Below are positions 1 through 10,468 of a stretch of DNA of 64,000 nucleotides, piece after piece. The translations under genes and the position numbers were made by a program. This DNA comes from an uncultured Pelagibacteraceae bacterium (GTDB lineage Bacteria > Pseudomonadota > Alphaproteobacteria > Pelagibacterales > Pelagibacteraceae): contig CACIPU010000002.1 of assembly GCA_902588625.1 (NCBI GenBank), forward strand, positions 6,086-70,085, read 5' to 3'. The notes under the pieces are model-generated. The model searched no databases. It saw only the letters and a program-made list of their open reading frames with translations, and was not told the origin of the DNA. Numbering within the stretch: the stretch's first letter is position 1; the number at the start of each line of letters is the position of its first letter.

Positions 1-2178
1 AGGTAATGAACAGAGAAATTTTGCTTTAGATAAATCTACTGTTTCAATATCTATACCTTTTGGAATTGAAACATTTTTTACATTATTATTTTCTGTATTA
101 CTCTTTTTTCTACCTTTTTTTTTCTTTTTAATAGGTACTTCTACACTTTCAGGTTTTATTTCATATTGGAGATAAGGGCCAAATCTTCCATTTTTCAGAT
201 ACATATCATTGCCATTTTCATGTTTACCAATCAATTTTGGTTCTGCTAGTTGTGATTGTTGTGCTGCCTTCACTTTAGATAAAGGCCGCGTAAATTTGCA
301 CTCGGGATAATTTGAACACCCAATAAAGGCACCTCCACGAAAACTATTTTTTAGACTTAAAGAGCCATCAGGGCAAAGCTTACACTTTCTATTAATTGAA
401 CCATCTTTATTTCTTTCAAAAATTAAAGTGCCCAAACTATCATTGAGCATGTCTAAAACCTCTCTTGTCCTTTTTTCCTTAACTTCTGATACATTCTTAT
501 TAAAATCTTTCCAAAATAGTTCTAGTACTTTAATCCAACCTTCTTTTCCAGTTGTTATTTCATCTAACTGATTTTCTAATCCAGCTGTAAAATTATAATC
601 TACATATTTAGAAAATAATTTTTCTAAAAAGGCAGTAATTAACTTTCCTCTATCAGTAGGATGAAATCTCTTGTTCATGATTTCGACATATCCTCTTGTA
701 GATATTACTGAAATAATACTTGCATAAGTTGATGGTCTACCTATTCCTAATTCTTCTAACTTTTTTACTAAGCTTGCTTCGGAATACCGGGGTGGGGGCT
801 GAGTATAATGTTGTTCGTCATTAAAAGATTCAATAATTACTGGACCTTTTGATACTTGGGGAAGAATATTTTCATCTTCCTCTTTTTTTTGTTCTTTATA
901 AACTTTTAAAAAACCATCAAACTTAATTACAGAACCGCTTGTTTTGCAAATAGTCTCGTTATCGTTTGATGTAATAGTTATTGTGTTTCTACTAAACTTA
1001 GCCGATTGCATTTGGGAAGATAAAGCTCTAGACCAGATCAAATCATAGAGTTTATGTTGATCTGAGCTTAGATATTTTTTTACTTTTTCTGGAGATCTTG
1101 CTATATCTGTTGGTCTTATCGCCTCGTGAGCCTCTTGAGCATTTTTTGCTTTTTTTCCAGAATAGCTAAGCGGATCAATTGGTAGATAAATTTTACCAAA
1201 CTCATTATTAATATAATCTCTAAAAAGGTTAACAGCATCTTTGGAGATATTGGTACCATCAGTTCTCATATACGTAATTAAACCAATAGTTTCTCCTTCA
1301 ATTTCTATTCCTTGATATAATTTTTGAGCTATTTGCATAGTGCGTGATGCACCAAATCCTAAACGACCCGAAGAAACTTGTTGCATAGTAGATGTAGTAA
1401 AGGGCCCAGAAGGATTTCTATTAATTTCTTTTGTAGATATATCAGTTATACTAAATTTTTTTTCTTTAATTAAATCAACAGCTTTATTGATTTCATCTTT
1501 ATTTTTAAAAGAAAATTTCTCGACTTTTTTATTATTTAAAGCGACAATATTAGTACTTAAAAGCTGTCTATTACTATCTTTAAAATTTATTTTTAAACTC
1601 CAATACTCTAAAGGGTTAAATAATTCAATTTCATGTTCTCTTTCAGTAATTAATTTTAAAGCTACCGACTGGACTCTTCCCGCAGATTTTGAACCAGGTA
1701 ATTTAGTCCACAAAATTGGAGATATATTAAATCCTACTAAATAATCTAAGGCCCTACGTGCCATGTATGCGTCAACTAAATGTGGTTCAATTTGTCGTGG
1801 GTTATCAATGCCATGAGTAACAGCTTTCTTTGTAATTTCGTTAAACACTACCCGCTCAACATGTTTATCTTTAAGAAGTTTTTTTTCATTTAAAAACTCT
1901 TTAACATGCCAAGCTATAGCTTCACCTTCTCTATCTGGGTCGGTAGCTAAAATAATTTTAGTTGAATCTTTTGCAGCTTCTGTAATATCTTTTAAATATT
2001 TTTTTGAAAAACTATCGACTTCCCAAAGCATTTTAAAATTATTTTCAGGATCAACAGATCCATTTTTTGAAGGTAAATCTCTAATATGTCCATAACTTGC
2101 TAAAACAATGTAGTCTTTACCTAGATACTTATTAATAGTTTTAGCTTTTGCCGGACTTTCAACAATAACAAGATTCAT
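1..2178 (-). CDS. topA: DNA topoisomerase I, first ~726 codons (C-terminus runs off the left window edge)
   Basis: Absent from the ORF track because it is edge-truncated. Hand translation of the minus strand from ATG 2176-2178 gives MNLVIVESPAKAKTINKYLGKDYIVLASYGHIRDLPSKNGSVDPEN, a TOPRIM-type TopA start. The frame stays open to base 1 and near the edge reads ...CSNYPECKFTRP...GRFGPYLQYE..., typical of the TopA C-terminal region. Confidence 0.9.
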   Translation of the reverse strand, partial: MNLVIVESPAKAKTINKYLGKDYIVLASYGHIRDLPSKNGSVDPENNFKMLWEVDSFSKKYLKDITEAAKDSTKIILATDPDREGEAIAWHVKEFLNEKKLLKDKHVERVVFNEITKKAVTHGIDNPRQIEPHLVDAYMARRALDYLVGFNISPILWTKLPGSKSAGRVQSVALKLITEREHEIELFNPLEYWSLKINFKDSNRQLLSTNIVALNNKKVEKFSFKNKDEINKAVDLIKEKKFSITDISTKEINRNPSGPFTTSTMQQVSSGRLGFGASRTMQIAQKLYQGIEIEGETIGLITYMRTDGTNISKDAVNLFRDYINNEFGKIYLPIDPLSYSGKKAKNAQEAHEAIRPTDIARSPEKVKKYLSSDQHKLYDLIWSRALSSQMQSAKFSRNTITITSNDNETICKTSGSVIKFDGFLKVYKEQKKEEDENILPQVSKGPVIIESFNDEQHYTQPPPRYSEASLVKKLEELGIGRPSTYASIISVISTRGYVEIMNKRFHPTDRGKLITAFLEKLFSKYVDYNFTAGLENQLDEITTGKEGWIKVLELFWKDFNKNVSEVKEKRTREVLDMLNDSLGTLIFERNKDGSINRKCKLCPDGSLSLKNSFRGGAFIGCSNYPECKFTRPLSKVKAAQQSQLAEPKLIGKHENGNDMYLKNGRFGPYLQYEIKPESVEVPIKKKKKGRKKSNTENNNVKNVSIPKGIDIETVDLSKAKFLCSLP

Positions 2179-2262
2179 TTGTTTCCTTTTAGAAACTTAG
2201 TGTCAAATATAATTTGTTTTGTCAAATTGAAGATAAAATTTCCTTGAAAAAGGGCGTTTAAT

Positions 2263-2874
2263 CTAGATTTTTATTTTCTTTTCTATTTTGTTTTTTAAAT
2301 TATATATATTTTTTTTATGTGTAAAAACAATCAAAATAAAAAAAATAAAAAGAATTAAACTAATATCATTTGAAAATTCAACATTTTTATTTATTGATTC
2401 TATGATATTTTTTTTTAAAACAAAAACAATTAAAACAGTTAAAGACGCAAACATTGATGAAACAGATGAATATTTAAATATCAATGTAACAACTATCCAA
2501 GTAAATATAAATAAAATTGCTAGAGATAAATTTAGAGCAAATAGAACACCCAAATATGTTGCTACACCCTTTCCACCTTTAAAATTCATCCAAACAGGAA
2601 ATATATGACCCAGAAAAACAATAATCGAAGATATTTCTGCGTATGCAGGATAATAATGTTGAGTCAAAGCAACAGCTCCATATCCTTTTATTACATCAAA
2701 AAATAAAGTAGCTAACGCTAAATATTTATTTCCAGTTCTAAGAACATTTGTAGCTCCAATATTTCCAGATCCTACTTTTCTTATATCTGTGTTGGTAAAT
2801 AATTTTGTTAAAATGAGACCGAAGGGTACAGATCCACATATGTATGAAAAAAAAATAACTAATAAATATTCCAT
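2263..2874 (-). CDS. plsY: glycerol-3-phosphate acyltransferase PlsY
   Basis: 203-aa polytopic membrane ORF with PlsY signatures GSGNIGATNVLRTG and FKGGKGVAT. It lies 2 nt downstream of the pyrC-like gene. Confidence 0.9.
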   Translation of the reverse strand: MEYLLVIFFSYICGSVPFGLILTKLFTNTDIRKVGSGNIGATNVLRTGNKYLALATLFFDVIKGYGAVALTQHYYPAYAEISSIIVFLGHIFPVWMNFKGGKGVATYLGVLFALNLSLAILFIFTWIVVTLIFKYSSVSSMFASLTVLIVFVLKKNIIESINKNVEFSNDISLILFIFFILIVFTHKKNIYNLKNKIEKKIKI

Positions 2875-2876
2875 TA

Positions 2877-4172
2877 TTAATTAGTTCTTTCAAAAGATTT
2901 TTCACCTTTAACAAAAGTTTTAAGTATTTGTCCCTGAAGTTTTCTATTTTCAATTGGTGTATTTTTAGATTTAGATTTTAATTCATTCTTTTTTACCACC
3001 CAAGGTTTATTAATATCTAAAACACAAATATCCGCATCATTACCTTTGTCTAGATTTCCTTTATTTATACCTAATATTTTTGCTGGGTTTGATGTTAGTG
3101 TAGCAATTAATTTATCAAGTTTAACAGATTTATTATGAAAAAGTTCTAAAGCCAGAGGGAGTAAAGTTTCAACACCAATAGCTCCTGTTGTAGCTTGTGC
3201 AAATGTTAATCTTTTTGACTCTTCATCTTCTGGTTTATGATCTGATACGATAACATCTATGTAATTATCATTTATTGCCTCTATTAGAGATGTTCTGTCT
3301 TTTTCAGTTCTTAACGGAGGTGAAAGTTTTAGAAAAGTTTTAAAATCACCTATATCATTCTCATTTAAAGATAAATTATTAATTGAAACACCAGTGCTAA
3401 AAATTTTACCTTCATTTTTAGCTTTTTTAATAACTTTTAGGGTTTGTTCTGATGAAACTTGAGATATATGATATCTACAAAAATATTCTTCTAAAAAAGC
3501 GAGATCACGTTCAACAATAATTTTTTCAGCTAAGCTTGGTATTCCTTGGAGACCAAGCCTTGTAGATATTTCACCTTCATTTATCAAACCTCCTTTTGAT
3601 AAGGAATTGTCTTCTACGTGTTGCATAATTAGAGAGTCTGATTGACTTGCAAAATTCATTATTCTTGACATTAAACGTGGATCTTGGACACTTTTGTTAC
3701 CATCGGTAAACGCCGCTATTCCTTTTCGTTTAAGCAATCCAAATTCTGTCATTTGATTGCCATCAGCATTTTTTGTTAAACTTGCAGCTGGAAATATATT
3801 TATTCTAGATTTATCGCGTCCTCTACGTTTTAAAAAATCTACCATAGACACGTTGTCTATTACAGGGGATGTATTTGGCATTGAAACTACTGAAGTAACT
3901 CCACCAGCAAGTGCAGCATCACTTAAGGTTCTAAAATTTTCTTTATATTCGTATCCGGGCTCACCTACAAAAATTCTCATATCAACTAAACCTGGAATTA
4001 AAATATTTTTTTTTAAATCAATTATTTCAGCATTCGTTGGAAGATTTCCATTTGATACATCTTTACCTGAAGCTTCTATTAAACCTTTTTCATCAATGAT
4101 TAAACCCCCAATTTCATCAATTTTGTTTTTCGGATCTATAATTCTTCCGTTAATTAAGTATTTTTTATTCAT
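2877..4172 (-). CDS. pyrC: dihydroorotase-like protein, probably non-catalytic (PyrC'-type partner of aspartate carbamoyltransferase)
   Basis: 431-aa amidohydrolase-fold ORF 4 nt downstream of pyrB. It retains EPG, MPNT, QHVED and SDHKPEDEESK. The canonical DxHVHxREPG motif reads VDMRIFVGEPG (both His lost), and the YHxxHxS motif reads YHISQVS. Confidence 0.8.
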   Translation of the reverse strand: MNKKYLINGRIIDPKNKIDEIGGLIIDEKGLIEASGKDVSNGNLPTNAEIIDLKKNILIPGLVDMRIFVGEPGYEYKENFRTLSDAALAGGVTSVVSMPNTSPVIDNVSMVDFLKRRGRDKSRINIFPAASLTKNADGNQMTEFGLLKRKGIAAFTDGNKSVQDPRLMSRIMNFASQSDSLIMQHVEDNSLSKGGLINEGEISTRLGLQGIPSLAEKIIVERDLAFLEEYFCRYHISQVSSEQTLKVIKKAKNEGKIFSTGVSINNLSLNENDIGDFKTFLKLSPPLRTEKDRTSLIEAINDNYIDVIVSDHKPEDEESKRLTFAQATTGAIGVETLLPLALELFHNKSVKLDKLIATLTSNPAKILGINKGNLDKGNDADICVLDINKPWVVKKNELKSKSKNTPIENRKLQGQILKTFVKGEKSFERTN

Positions 4173-4176
4173 ATTG

Positions 4177-5127
4177 TTATATACTTTGACAATAAATTTT
4201 TAAGCAAGCCATTCTAACAGCCACTCCTAATTCAACTTGTTCTCTAATTGCACTTCGATTTATATCATCAGCTAGATTAGTATCAATTTCGACACCTCTA
4301 TTCATTGGACCTGGATGCATGATCAATGCATCCTTTTTTGCCATTTTTAATTTATCTGGAGTTAAACCAAAATATTCATAATATTCCCTAGCAGATGGTA
4401 AAAAAGATCCTTGCATTCTCTCATTTTGCAACCTTAACATCATTACTATATCGCAATTATCTAATCCTTTTTTCATGTCTGTAAAAACTTTTACTCCAAG
4501 TTTTTCTATTGAATGAGGCAAAAGAGTTTTAGGAGCTACTATATTAATTTCAGCCCCCATCATATTCATTAAGTAAATATTTGATCTAGCAACACGTGAA
4601 TGTAATATATCTCCACATATCGCTATTTTTAATCCTTGAACCGTTCCTTTTCTATTTATTATTGTGAGTGCATCTAATAATGCTTGAGTTGGATGTTCAC
4701 GCCTACCATCACCAGCATTAATCACTGCACAATTTACCTTTTGAGATAACAAATTAGGAGCTCCAGAATCTTGATGTCTAATAACAATAATATCTGGATG
4801 CATAGCATTAAGTGTCATGGCAGTATCAATTAAAGTTTCACCTTTTTTAATAGCAGAATTTACTATATTCATTGACATTACGTCAGCGCCTAATCTTTTT
4901 CCTGCTAATTCAAATGAACTTTGAGTTCTAGTTGATGGTTCAAAAAATAAATTAATTTGTGTTTTTCCTCTCAACAAATCTATTTTTTTTGAGGAGCTTT
5001 TATTTAGTTTTATAAAAGTTTTTGCTTCATCTAATATTTTCGATACTTCAGGAAAAGAGAGATCTTGTATACCTAACAGGTGATTGGGATTTTTTTTAAC
5101 AGCTTTAAATTTTTTAATAATAGCCAC
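4177..5127 (-). CDS. pyrB: aspartate carbamoyltransferase catalytic chain
   Basis: 316 aa with [27 protein letters not shown] and [11 protein letters not shown] motifs. Confidence 0.95.
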   Translation of the reverse strand: MAIIKKFKAVKKNPNHLLGIQDLSFPEVSKILDEAKTFIKLNKSSSKKIDLLRGKTQINLFFEPSTRTQSSFELAGKRLGADVMSMNIVNSAIKKGETLIDTAMTLNAMHPDIIVIRHQDSGAPNLLSQKVNCAVINAGDGRREHPTQALLDALTIINRKGTVQGLKIAICGDILHSRVARSNIYLMNMMGAEINIVAPKTLLPHSIEKLGVKVFTDMKKGLDNCDIVMMLRLQNERMQGSFLPSAREYYEYFGLTPDKLKMAKKDALIMHPGPMNRGVEIDTNLADDINRSAIREQVELGVAVRMACLKIYCQSI

Positions 5128-5169
5128 TAAAACAAACTCTATAGGCCTTTATAGGTATTTATGCAAGCC

Positions 5170-5658
5170 TTAATTACTAAAAAAATCTATAGCACCCTGC
5201 AAAATAAAAGCTGCTGCATTTTTGTCCAAATTTTTAACTTTTTTACTAATATTAGTGCTTAATTCACTCGTAATATTAAAAGCTGCTTGGCTTGAAAGCC
5301 TCTCGTCCCACATAGTGATAGGTATTGTAATATTTTTTGACAGATTTCTAGAAAAATCAGAGGCTGACTGGGAAGATCTTCCAATAGATCCATCCATATT
5401 AATAGGGTTTCCTACAACTATACCTTTAATGCTATATTCACCTATTATTTGGTTTAATTCCTTCACAATATTTTCAAATTTATTTCGTTTAATTGTTTTT
5501 AGAGGCGTAGCTACAGTTTGATTCTCGTCACAAATCGCAATTCCTATATTTTTACCGCCTGGATCAATGGCAATTAATCGAGAATTAGATCCAATAATAG
5601 TTTTAAATTCATTAATACTGAGTATATTGTGTGTTTTCATATTAAATGTTAATTTCAA
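5170..5658 (-). CDS. ruvX: Holliday-junction resolvase-like / pre-16S rRNA nuclease YqgF (RuvX)
   Basis: 162 aa with LIAIDPGGKNIGIAICD near the N-terminus and overall YqgF size. The start could instead be the second Met (5640). Confidence 0.8.
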   Translation of the reverse strand: MKLTFNMKTHNILSINEFKTIIGSNSRLIAIDPGGKNIGIAICDENQTVATPLKTIKRNKFENIVKELNQIIGEYSIKGIVVGNPINMDGSIGRSSQSASDFSRNLSKNITIPITMWDERLSSQAAFNITSELSTNISKKVKNLDKNAAAFILQGAIDFFSN

Positions 5659-5680
5659 ACTTATTTACCAATATTCACAA

Positions 5681-5968
5681 ATGTCAATAGATAAAGATAA
5701 AATTAAACATATCAGCAAGTTGGCTAGAATTTTAGTTGACGAAAAGAAGATTAATGGTCTTACAAAAGATCTTTCTTCTATATTTAAGTTCATTGAGCAA
5801 TTAAATGAATTAAATACTGATAAAGTTGAACCTCTTTCATCGATTTTAAACAAACCATTAAGATCAAGAAAAGATGAAATAAATGATGGAAAAATTAGAG
5901 ATCAAATTTTAAAAAATTCTCCACAAAAAAATGACAAGTTCTTTGTTGTGCCAAAGGTAATAGAATAA
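5681..5968 (+). CDS. gatC: Asp/Glu-tRNA(Asn/Gln) amidotransferase subunit C
   Basis: Internal Met of track ORF 5567..5968 ([17 protein letters not shown]...EPLSS...), about 95 aa, directly abutting gatA. The upstream part of the track ORF overlaps ruvX and is hydrophobic junk. Confidence 0.85.
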   Translation: MSIDKDKIKHISKLARILVDEKKINGLTKDLSSIFKFIEQLNELNTDKVEPLSSILNKPLRSRKDEINDGKIRDQILKNSPQKNDKFFVVPKVIE

Positions 5969-7428
5969 TGTCTGATATATCAAAAAAAAGTTTAACTGAG
6001 ATTGTAAAATTAATTAAAAAAAAAGAAATAAAATCAGAAGAACTTACAAAATCTTATATAAAAAATATCAATAGTGACAAAAAATTAAATTCTTTTATCA
6101 CCACATGTTCAGAAGAAGCCTTAAGAAAAGCAAAAGATTTTGACAAGAAACCTATTTTTGATACTCTTTTACCTGGAATACCAATTGCTGTTAAAGATCT
6201 TTTTTGTACAAGAGACGTAAGAACAACAGCAGGTAGCAAGATGCTAGAAAATTTTGTTCCCAATTACGAGTCAACAATAACGAATAATCTATGGAACGAA
6301 GGAGCTTTCTTGTTAGGAAAATTAAATTGTGATGAATATGCAATGGGGTCATCTAATGAAACAAGTTATTTTGGAAATGTAATGAATCCAATAGCAGAAA
6401 ATACTGTACCTGGTGGCTCTTCAGGAGGGTCAGCAAGTGCTTTAGCAGCTGGTTTAACACCTACAACAATTGGTACTGATACAGGTGGATCTATAAGACA
6501 ACCTGCTTCATTTACAGGAACTGTAGGACTTAAACCTACATACGGATTATGTTCAAGATGGGGAATCGTTGCTTTTGCATCATCACTTGATCAAGCTGGT
6601 CCTATGACAAAAACAGTTTCTGATTGTGCATTAATGCTACAAGCAATGGTAAGTTTTGATAAAAAAGATTCTACATCAATTAATAAAAAAAAAGAAAATT
6701 ATTCTACGAGTTTAACAAACAATATTAAAGGTTTAAAAATTGGTATACCTAAGGAATATAGAGTTGATGGAATGTCCAAAGAAATAGACAAGCTTTGGGA
6801 GAATGGAAAAAAAATTCTAAAGGATTCTGGGGCTGAGATTATTGATATTAGCTTACCAAATACAAAATATGCACTACCAACTTATTATATAGTTGCACCT
6901 GCAGAAGCTTCATCAAATTTAGCAAGGTATGATGGAGTAAAATATGGTTTTAGATCAAACAAAGGTAATGACTTAATTGAAATGTATGAAAATACTAGAT
7001 CAGAAGGTTTTGGCGACGAAGTAAAAAGGAGAATTTTAATTGGAACATACGTTTTATCATCTGGTTATTATGATGCATATTATATAAAGGCCCAAAAAGT
7101 TAGACAAATGATCAAAAATGATTTTGATCAAGCATTTAAAAACGTTGATGCTATTCTTACTCCATCAACACCAAGTTCCGCATTTAAAATTGGTGAAAAA
7201 AAAAATGATCCAATATCAATGTACTTAAACGACATCTTTACCGTTCCAATTAATTTAGCTGGCATTCCTGCAATTTCAATACCTGCTGGATCTGATATCA
7301 ATAATTATCCGCTTGGAATGCAATTAATATGTAAACCTTTGGATGAACAAAAACTTTTAAATATTGCTTATGCTGCTGAGAAAAAAATTAATTTTAAACA
7401 ATCTCTTAATAGATGGTGGGAAAAATAA
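5968..7428 (+). CDS. gatA: Asp/Glu-tRNA amidotransferase subunit A
   Basis: 486 aa with amidase signature [14 protein letters not shown] and [14 protein letters not shown]. Its stop overlaps the gatB ATG (TAATG). Confidence 0.95.
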   Translation: MSDISKKSLTEIVKLIKKKEIKSEELTKSYIKNINSDKKLNSFITTCSEEALRKAKDFDKKPIFDTLLPGIPIAVKDLFCTRDVRTTAGSKMLENFVPNYESTITNNLWNEGAFLLGKLNCDEYAMGSSNETSYFGNVMNPIAENTVPGGSSGGSASALAAGLTPTTIGTDTGGSIRQPASFTGTVGLKPTYGLCSRWGIVAFASSLDQAGPMTKTVSDCALMLQAMVSFDKKDSTSINKKKENYSTSLTNNIKGLKIGIPKEYRVDGMSKEIDKLWENGKKILKDSGAEIIDISLPNTKYALPTYYIVAPAEASSNLARYDGVKYGFRSNKGNDLIEMYENTRSEGFGDEVKRRILIGTYVLSSGYYDAYYIKAQKVRQMIKNDFDQAFKNVDAILTPSTPSSAFKIGEKKNDPISMYLNDIFTVPINLAGIPAISIPAGSDINNYPLGMQLICKPLDEQKLLNIAYAAEKKINFKQSLNRWWEK

Positions 7429-8894
7429 TGTCTAAAGCGACAGCTAAGTACATTATTAATGGCGAAAAAGGAAAATGGGAAGTCGTTATAGGTCTCGAAG
7501 TCCATGCTCAAGTAACATCTAATTCAAAACTTTTTTCAGGATCCTCTACAAAATTTGGAGCTGATCCTAATACTCAGGTAAGTCTTGTAGATTCTGCATT
7601 TCCAGGGATGTTACCAGTAATAAATGAATTTTGTATTGAACAAGCAATCAAAACTGGATTAGGTCTGAATGCTAAAATCAATCATTATTCTGTATTTGAT
7701 CGAAAAAATTATTTTTATGCTGACCTTCCTCAAGGATATCAAATTTCACAGTATAAAAATCCTATAGTAGGTGAGGGGGAAATTACGTTAGATTTACCTG
7801 ATGGAACTAAAAAAATTGGAATCGAAAGGCTTCATTTAGAACAAGATGCAGGTAAGAGCATACACGATTTGGATCCAAGTAATACGTTTGTTGATTTAAA
7901 TAGATCTGGAGTAGCTCTCATGGAAATTGTAAGCAAACCAGATTTGAGATCACTAGAAGAGGTTAATGCTTATGTAAAAAAACTAAGATCAATTATGCGA
8001 TACCTTGGAACATGTGATGGAAATATGCAAGAAGGTTCTCTTAGAGCTGATGTTAACGTTTCTGTAAGAAAAGAAGGAGATGTAGATTTAGGAACTAGAT
8101 GTGAGATAAAAAATGTTAATTCAATTAAGTTTATGCAGATGGCAATTACTTACGAGGCTAAGAGACAAGTAGAGGCGTTGGAGTCTGGAAAGAAAATTGA
8201 CCAAGAAACTAGGCTATTTGATATAAAAAGGAACGAAACCAGATCAATGAGATCTAAAGAAGATGCTCATGACTATAGATATTTTCCAGATCCAGATTTG
8301 CTACCTTTACATCTAGATAAAAAATTAATAGAAAAAATAAAAAAAAATCTACCTGAGCTACCTGATCAAAAGAAAGAAAGATTTATTAAACAGTATTCAT
8401 TAACTTCTTATGAAGCTAACATTCTAGTATCTGAAAAAGAAATATCAGTTTATTTCGAAGAAGTTGCAAAAAAATCAGATAAGAAATTAGCAAAAAACTG
8501 GATCATTGGTGAGCTCTTTGCATCTTTGAATGAAAAAAATATATCAATTTCAGATTCACTTGTTACTTCTAAAAAAATGTGTCAACTAATAGACTCTATC
8601 AGCTCAGGTGTTATTTCAGGAAGAACAGCTAAAGATGTTTTTGAAATTATGAAAGAAACTGGAGAGGATCCTAAAAAAATAATAGAAACTAAAGGACTGC
8701 AACAGAAAAGTGACCCTAAAGAGTTAGAAAAAATAATAGACAAAATTATTTTTGAAAATAAAGATAAAGTTGATCAATATAAATCTGGTAAGGATAAATT
8801 GTTCGGTTTTTTTGTTGGTCAGGTAATGAAATTATCAGGTGGAAAAGCAAACCCACAGCTAGTAAATGAGATTCTTAAGCAAAAATTAAAATAA
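7428..8894 (+). CDS. gatB: Asp/Glu-tRNA amidotransferase subunit B
   Basis: Contains [24 protein letters not shown] and a C-terminal GatB/YqeY domain. The alternative ATG at 7413 would add 5 codons. Confidence 0.95.
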   Translation: MSKATAKYIINGEKGKWEVVIGLEVHAQVTSNSKLFSGSSTKFGADPNTQVSLVDSAFPGMLPVINEFCIEQAIKTGLGLNAKINHYSVFDRKNYFYADLPQGYQISQYKNPIVGEGEITLDLPDGTKKIGIERLHLEQDAGKSIHDLDPSNTFVDLNRSGVALMEIVSKPDLRSLEEVNAYVKKLRSIMRYLGTCDGNMQEGSLRADVNVSVRKEGDVDLGTRCEIKNVNSIKFMQMAITYEAKRQVEALESGKKIDQETRLFDIKRNETRSMRSKEDAHDYRYFPDPDLLPLHLDKKLIEKIKKNLPELPDQKKERFIKQYSLTSYEANILVSEKEISVYFEEVAKKSDKKLAKNWIIGELFASLNEKNISISDSLVTSKKMCQLIDSISSGVISGRTAKDVFEIMKETGEDPKKIIETKGLQQKSDPKELEKIIDKIIFENKDKVDQYKSGKDKLFGFFVGQVMKLSGGKANPQLVNEILKQKLK

Positions 8895-8895
8895 A

Positions 8896-9552
8896 ATGGG
8901 AAAAGATTTTACAATAAATGATAAAATTAAAAATTATGTAGCAAATTTAAGCAAAGAATTACATCCAGTCCAAAAAGAGATAATTGAGTATAACAAAACT
9001 CTAGGTGAAATTAAGAAGATGCAAATTGCAGTTTCACAATGTCATTTTTTAGAATTAATAATCAAAATATCAAAAGCTAAAAAAATTCTTGAAATAGGAA
9101 CCTTTACAGGTTTAAGCACTTTATCAATGGCTTTAGGACTTCCTGAAGATGGATTTCTTATAGCTTTAGACAAGAATAAAGAGACTGGTAAAAAAGCTTT
9201 AAATTTTTTTAAAAAAGCCAATCAAGATAGAAAAATTAAAACAATTATTAAACCAGCTTTGGATAGTTTAACCGAAATTAAAAAAGAGAATTTATCTTTC
9301 GATATAATTTTTATTGATGCTGATAAAGGAAATTATAAAAAATATTATGATGAAGTAATTAATTTAACAAAAAAAGATGGGCTGATTATTATAGATAATG
9401 TTTTATGGCACGGAGATGTAGCGGATGAAGATAATAATGACAGTCTTACTAACACTATTCGAGATTTTAATAATTACGTAAAAAATGATAAAAAAACAGA
9501 GCAAGTAATTATTCCAATAGGTGATGGCTTAACTGTATGTAGAAAATTATAA
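8896..9552 (+). CDS. class I SAM-dependent O-methyltransferase, family 3 (caffeoyl-CoA OMT / TrmR-YrrM-like)
   Basis: 218 aa with SAM-binding ILEIGTFTGLSTL and IFIDADKGNYKKYY...IIIDNVLWHG, typical of family-3 OMTs. It starts 1 nt after gatB, and its stop overlaps the next ATG. Confidence 0.8.
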   Translation: MGKDFTINDKIKNYVANLSKELHPVQKEIIEYNKTLGEIKKMQIAVSQCHFLELIIKISKAKKILEIGTFTGLSTLSMALGLPEDGFLIALDKNKETGKKALNFFKKANQDRKIKTIIKPALDSLTEIKKENLSFDIIFIDADKGNYKKYYDEVINLTKKDGLIIIDNVLWHGDVADEDNNDSLTNTIRDFNNYVKNDKKTEQVIIPIGDGLTVCRKL

Positions 9553-10454
9553 TGTTTACTGTATTAGGATTTTATAAGTTTAAAAAACTAAACTTATTAA
9601 AAAAAAAGAGATCTGTTCTTCAAAAAATTTTTACAAAACTAGATGTAAGAGGAACGTTAATATTATCTAATGAAGGTTTAAATGGTACTATTTCTGGTAA
9701 GCTAAAAGATATCTACTTTGTCAAAGAAAAAATTAAAGTTTTATTTAAAATAAAAACTTTTGATAGTGAAAACTTATCAACCTGTAAATTTAAACCTTTT
9801 TATAGACATAAAATAAAAATAAAAAAAGAGGTAGTTCCAATGGGCTTAAATATATTTAATAAAAAAAAGAAAAATAATTACTTAGAACCATCCAAATGGA
9901 ATAAGCTTTTAAAAAATAAAAATACTTTTGTTCTTGATGTTAGGAAACCTTTTGAACATTATGTCGGAACTTTTAAAAATGCTAATAATCCTAAGGTTGA
10001 TAATTTTCGAGAATTTCCTAAATATTTAAATAAGTTGAATAAAAATGAACCAGTTGCGATGTTTTGTACGGGAGGTATTCGCTGTGAAAAAGCATCAGTT
10101 TTCCTAAATCGAAAAGGTTTTAAGAATGTTTTTCAACTAAAAGGTGGAATTTTAAATTATTTAAAGAAAGTGAAAAAAAAAGAAAGCATGTGGAAAGGAG
10201 AATGTTTTGTTTTCGATAATAGAGTGTCTGTGAAGCATGATCTCGCTGTAGGCACTTACTCAATTTGTAGTGGATGTAGAAATCCTGTTTCTCCAAAAGA
10301 TAAAAAGTCAAATAAATATGAAGAAGGAGTTTCTTGCCCTAGATGTCACACTAAACTGAGCAATGCACAAAAAGAAAGATTTAGAATGCGACAAAATCAA
10401 ATAAGTCTTGCTAAAAAAGCTGGAAAAAAGCATATATTTCAAAAAGAATTTTAA
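9552..10454 (+). CDS. trhO: rhodanese-domain protein of the UPF0176 / TrhO (YceA) family, tRNA U34 hydroxylase candidate
   Basis: 300 aa with a rhodanese active-site loop (FCTGGIRCEKAS) and a C-terminal Cys cluster (CSGC...CPRCH), characteristic of YceA/TrhO. Confidence 0.8.
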   Translation: MFTVLGFYKFKKLNLLKKKRSVLQKIFTKLDVRGTLILSNEGLNGTISGKLKDIYFVKEKIKVLFKIKTFDSENLSTCKFKPFYRHKIKIKKEVVPMGLNIFNKKKKNNYLEPSKWNKLLKNKNTFVLDVRKPFEHYVGTFKNANNPKVDNFREFPKYLNKLNKNEPVAMFCTGGIRCEKASVFLNRKGFKNVFQLKGGILNYLKKVKKKESMWKGECFVFDNRVSVKHDLAVGTYSICSGCRNPVSPKDKKSNKYEEGVSCPRCHTKLSNAQKERFRMRQNQISLAKKAGKKHIFQKEF

Positions 10455-10468
10455 AAAATATTTATATT

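Noticed and set aside
1340-1744. 134-aa plus-strand ORF in the track
   Set aside because: It lies entirely antisense within the clearly recognisable topA coding sequence. The product is low-complexity and hydrophobic, so this is a shadow ORF.
2179-2262. Direct repeat TGTCAAAT x2 in the topA upstream spacer, as a possible regulatory element
   Set aside because: It is short and AT-rich, and nothing distinguishes it from ordinary promoter-region sequence. It is not supportable without comparative data.
3757-4203. 148-aa antisense ORF, and similar track ORFs at 2288-2608, 5222-5521, 10582-11061, 11260-11517, 13614-13796, 14052-14330, 35731-35976, 36499-37242, 38749-39147, 40863-41147, 48941-49291 and elsewhere
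   Set aside because: All of them sit opposite strongly supported genes and have no recognisable motifs. Their compositionally odd products are typical of antisense frames in AT-rich DNA.
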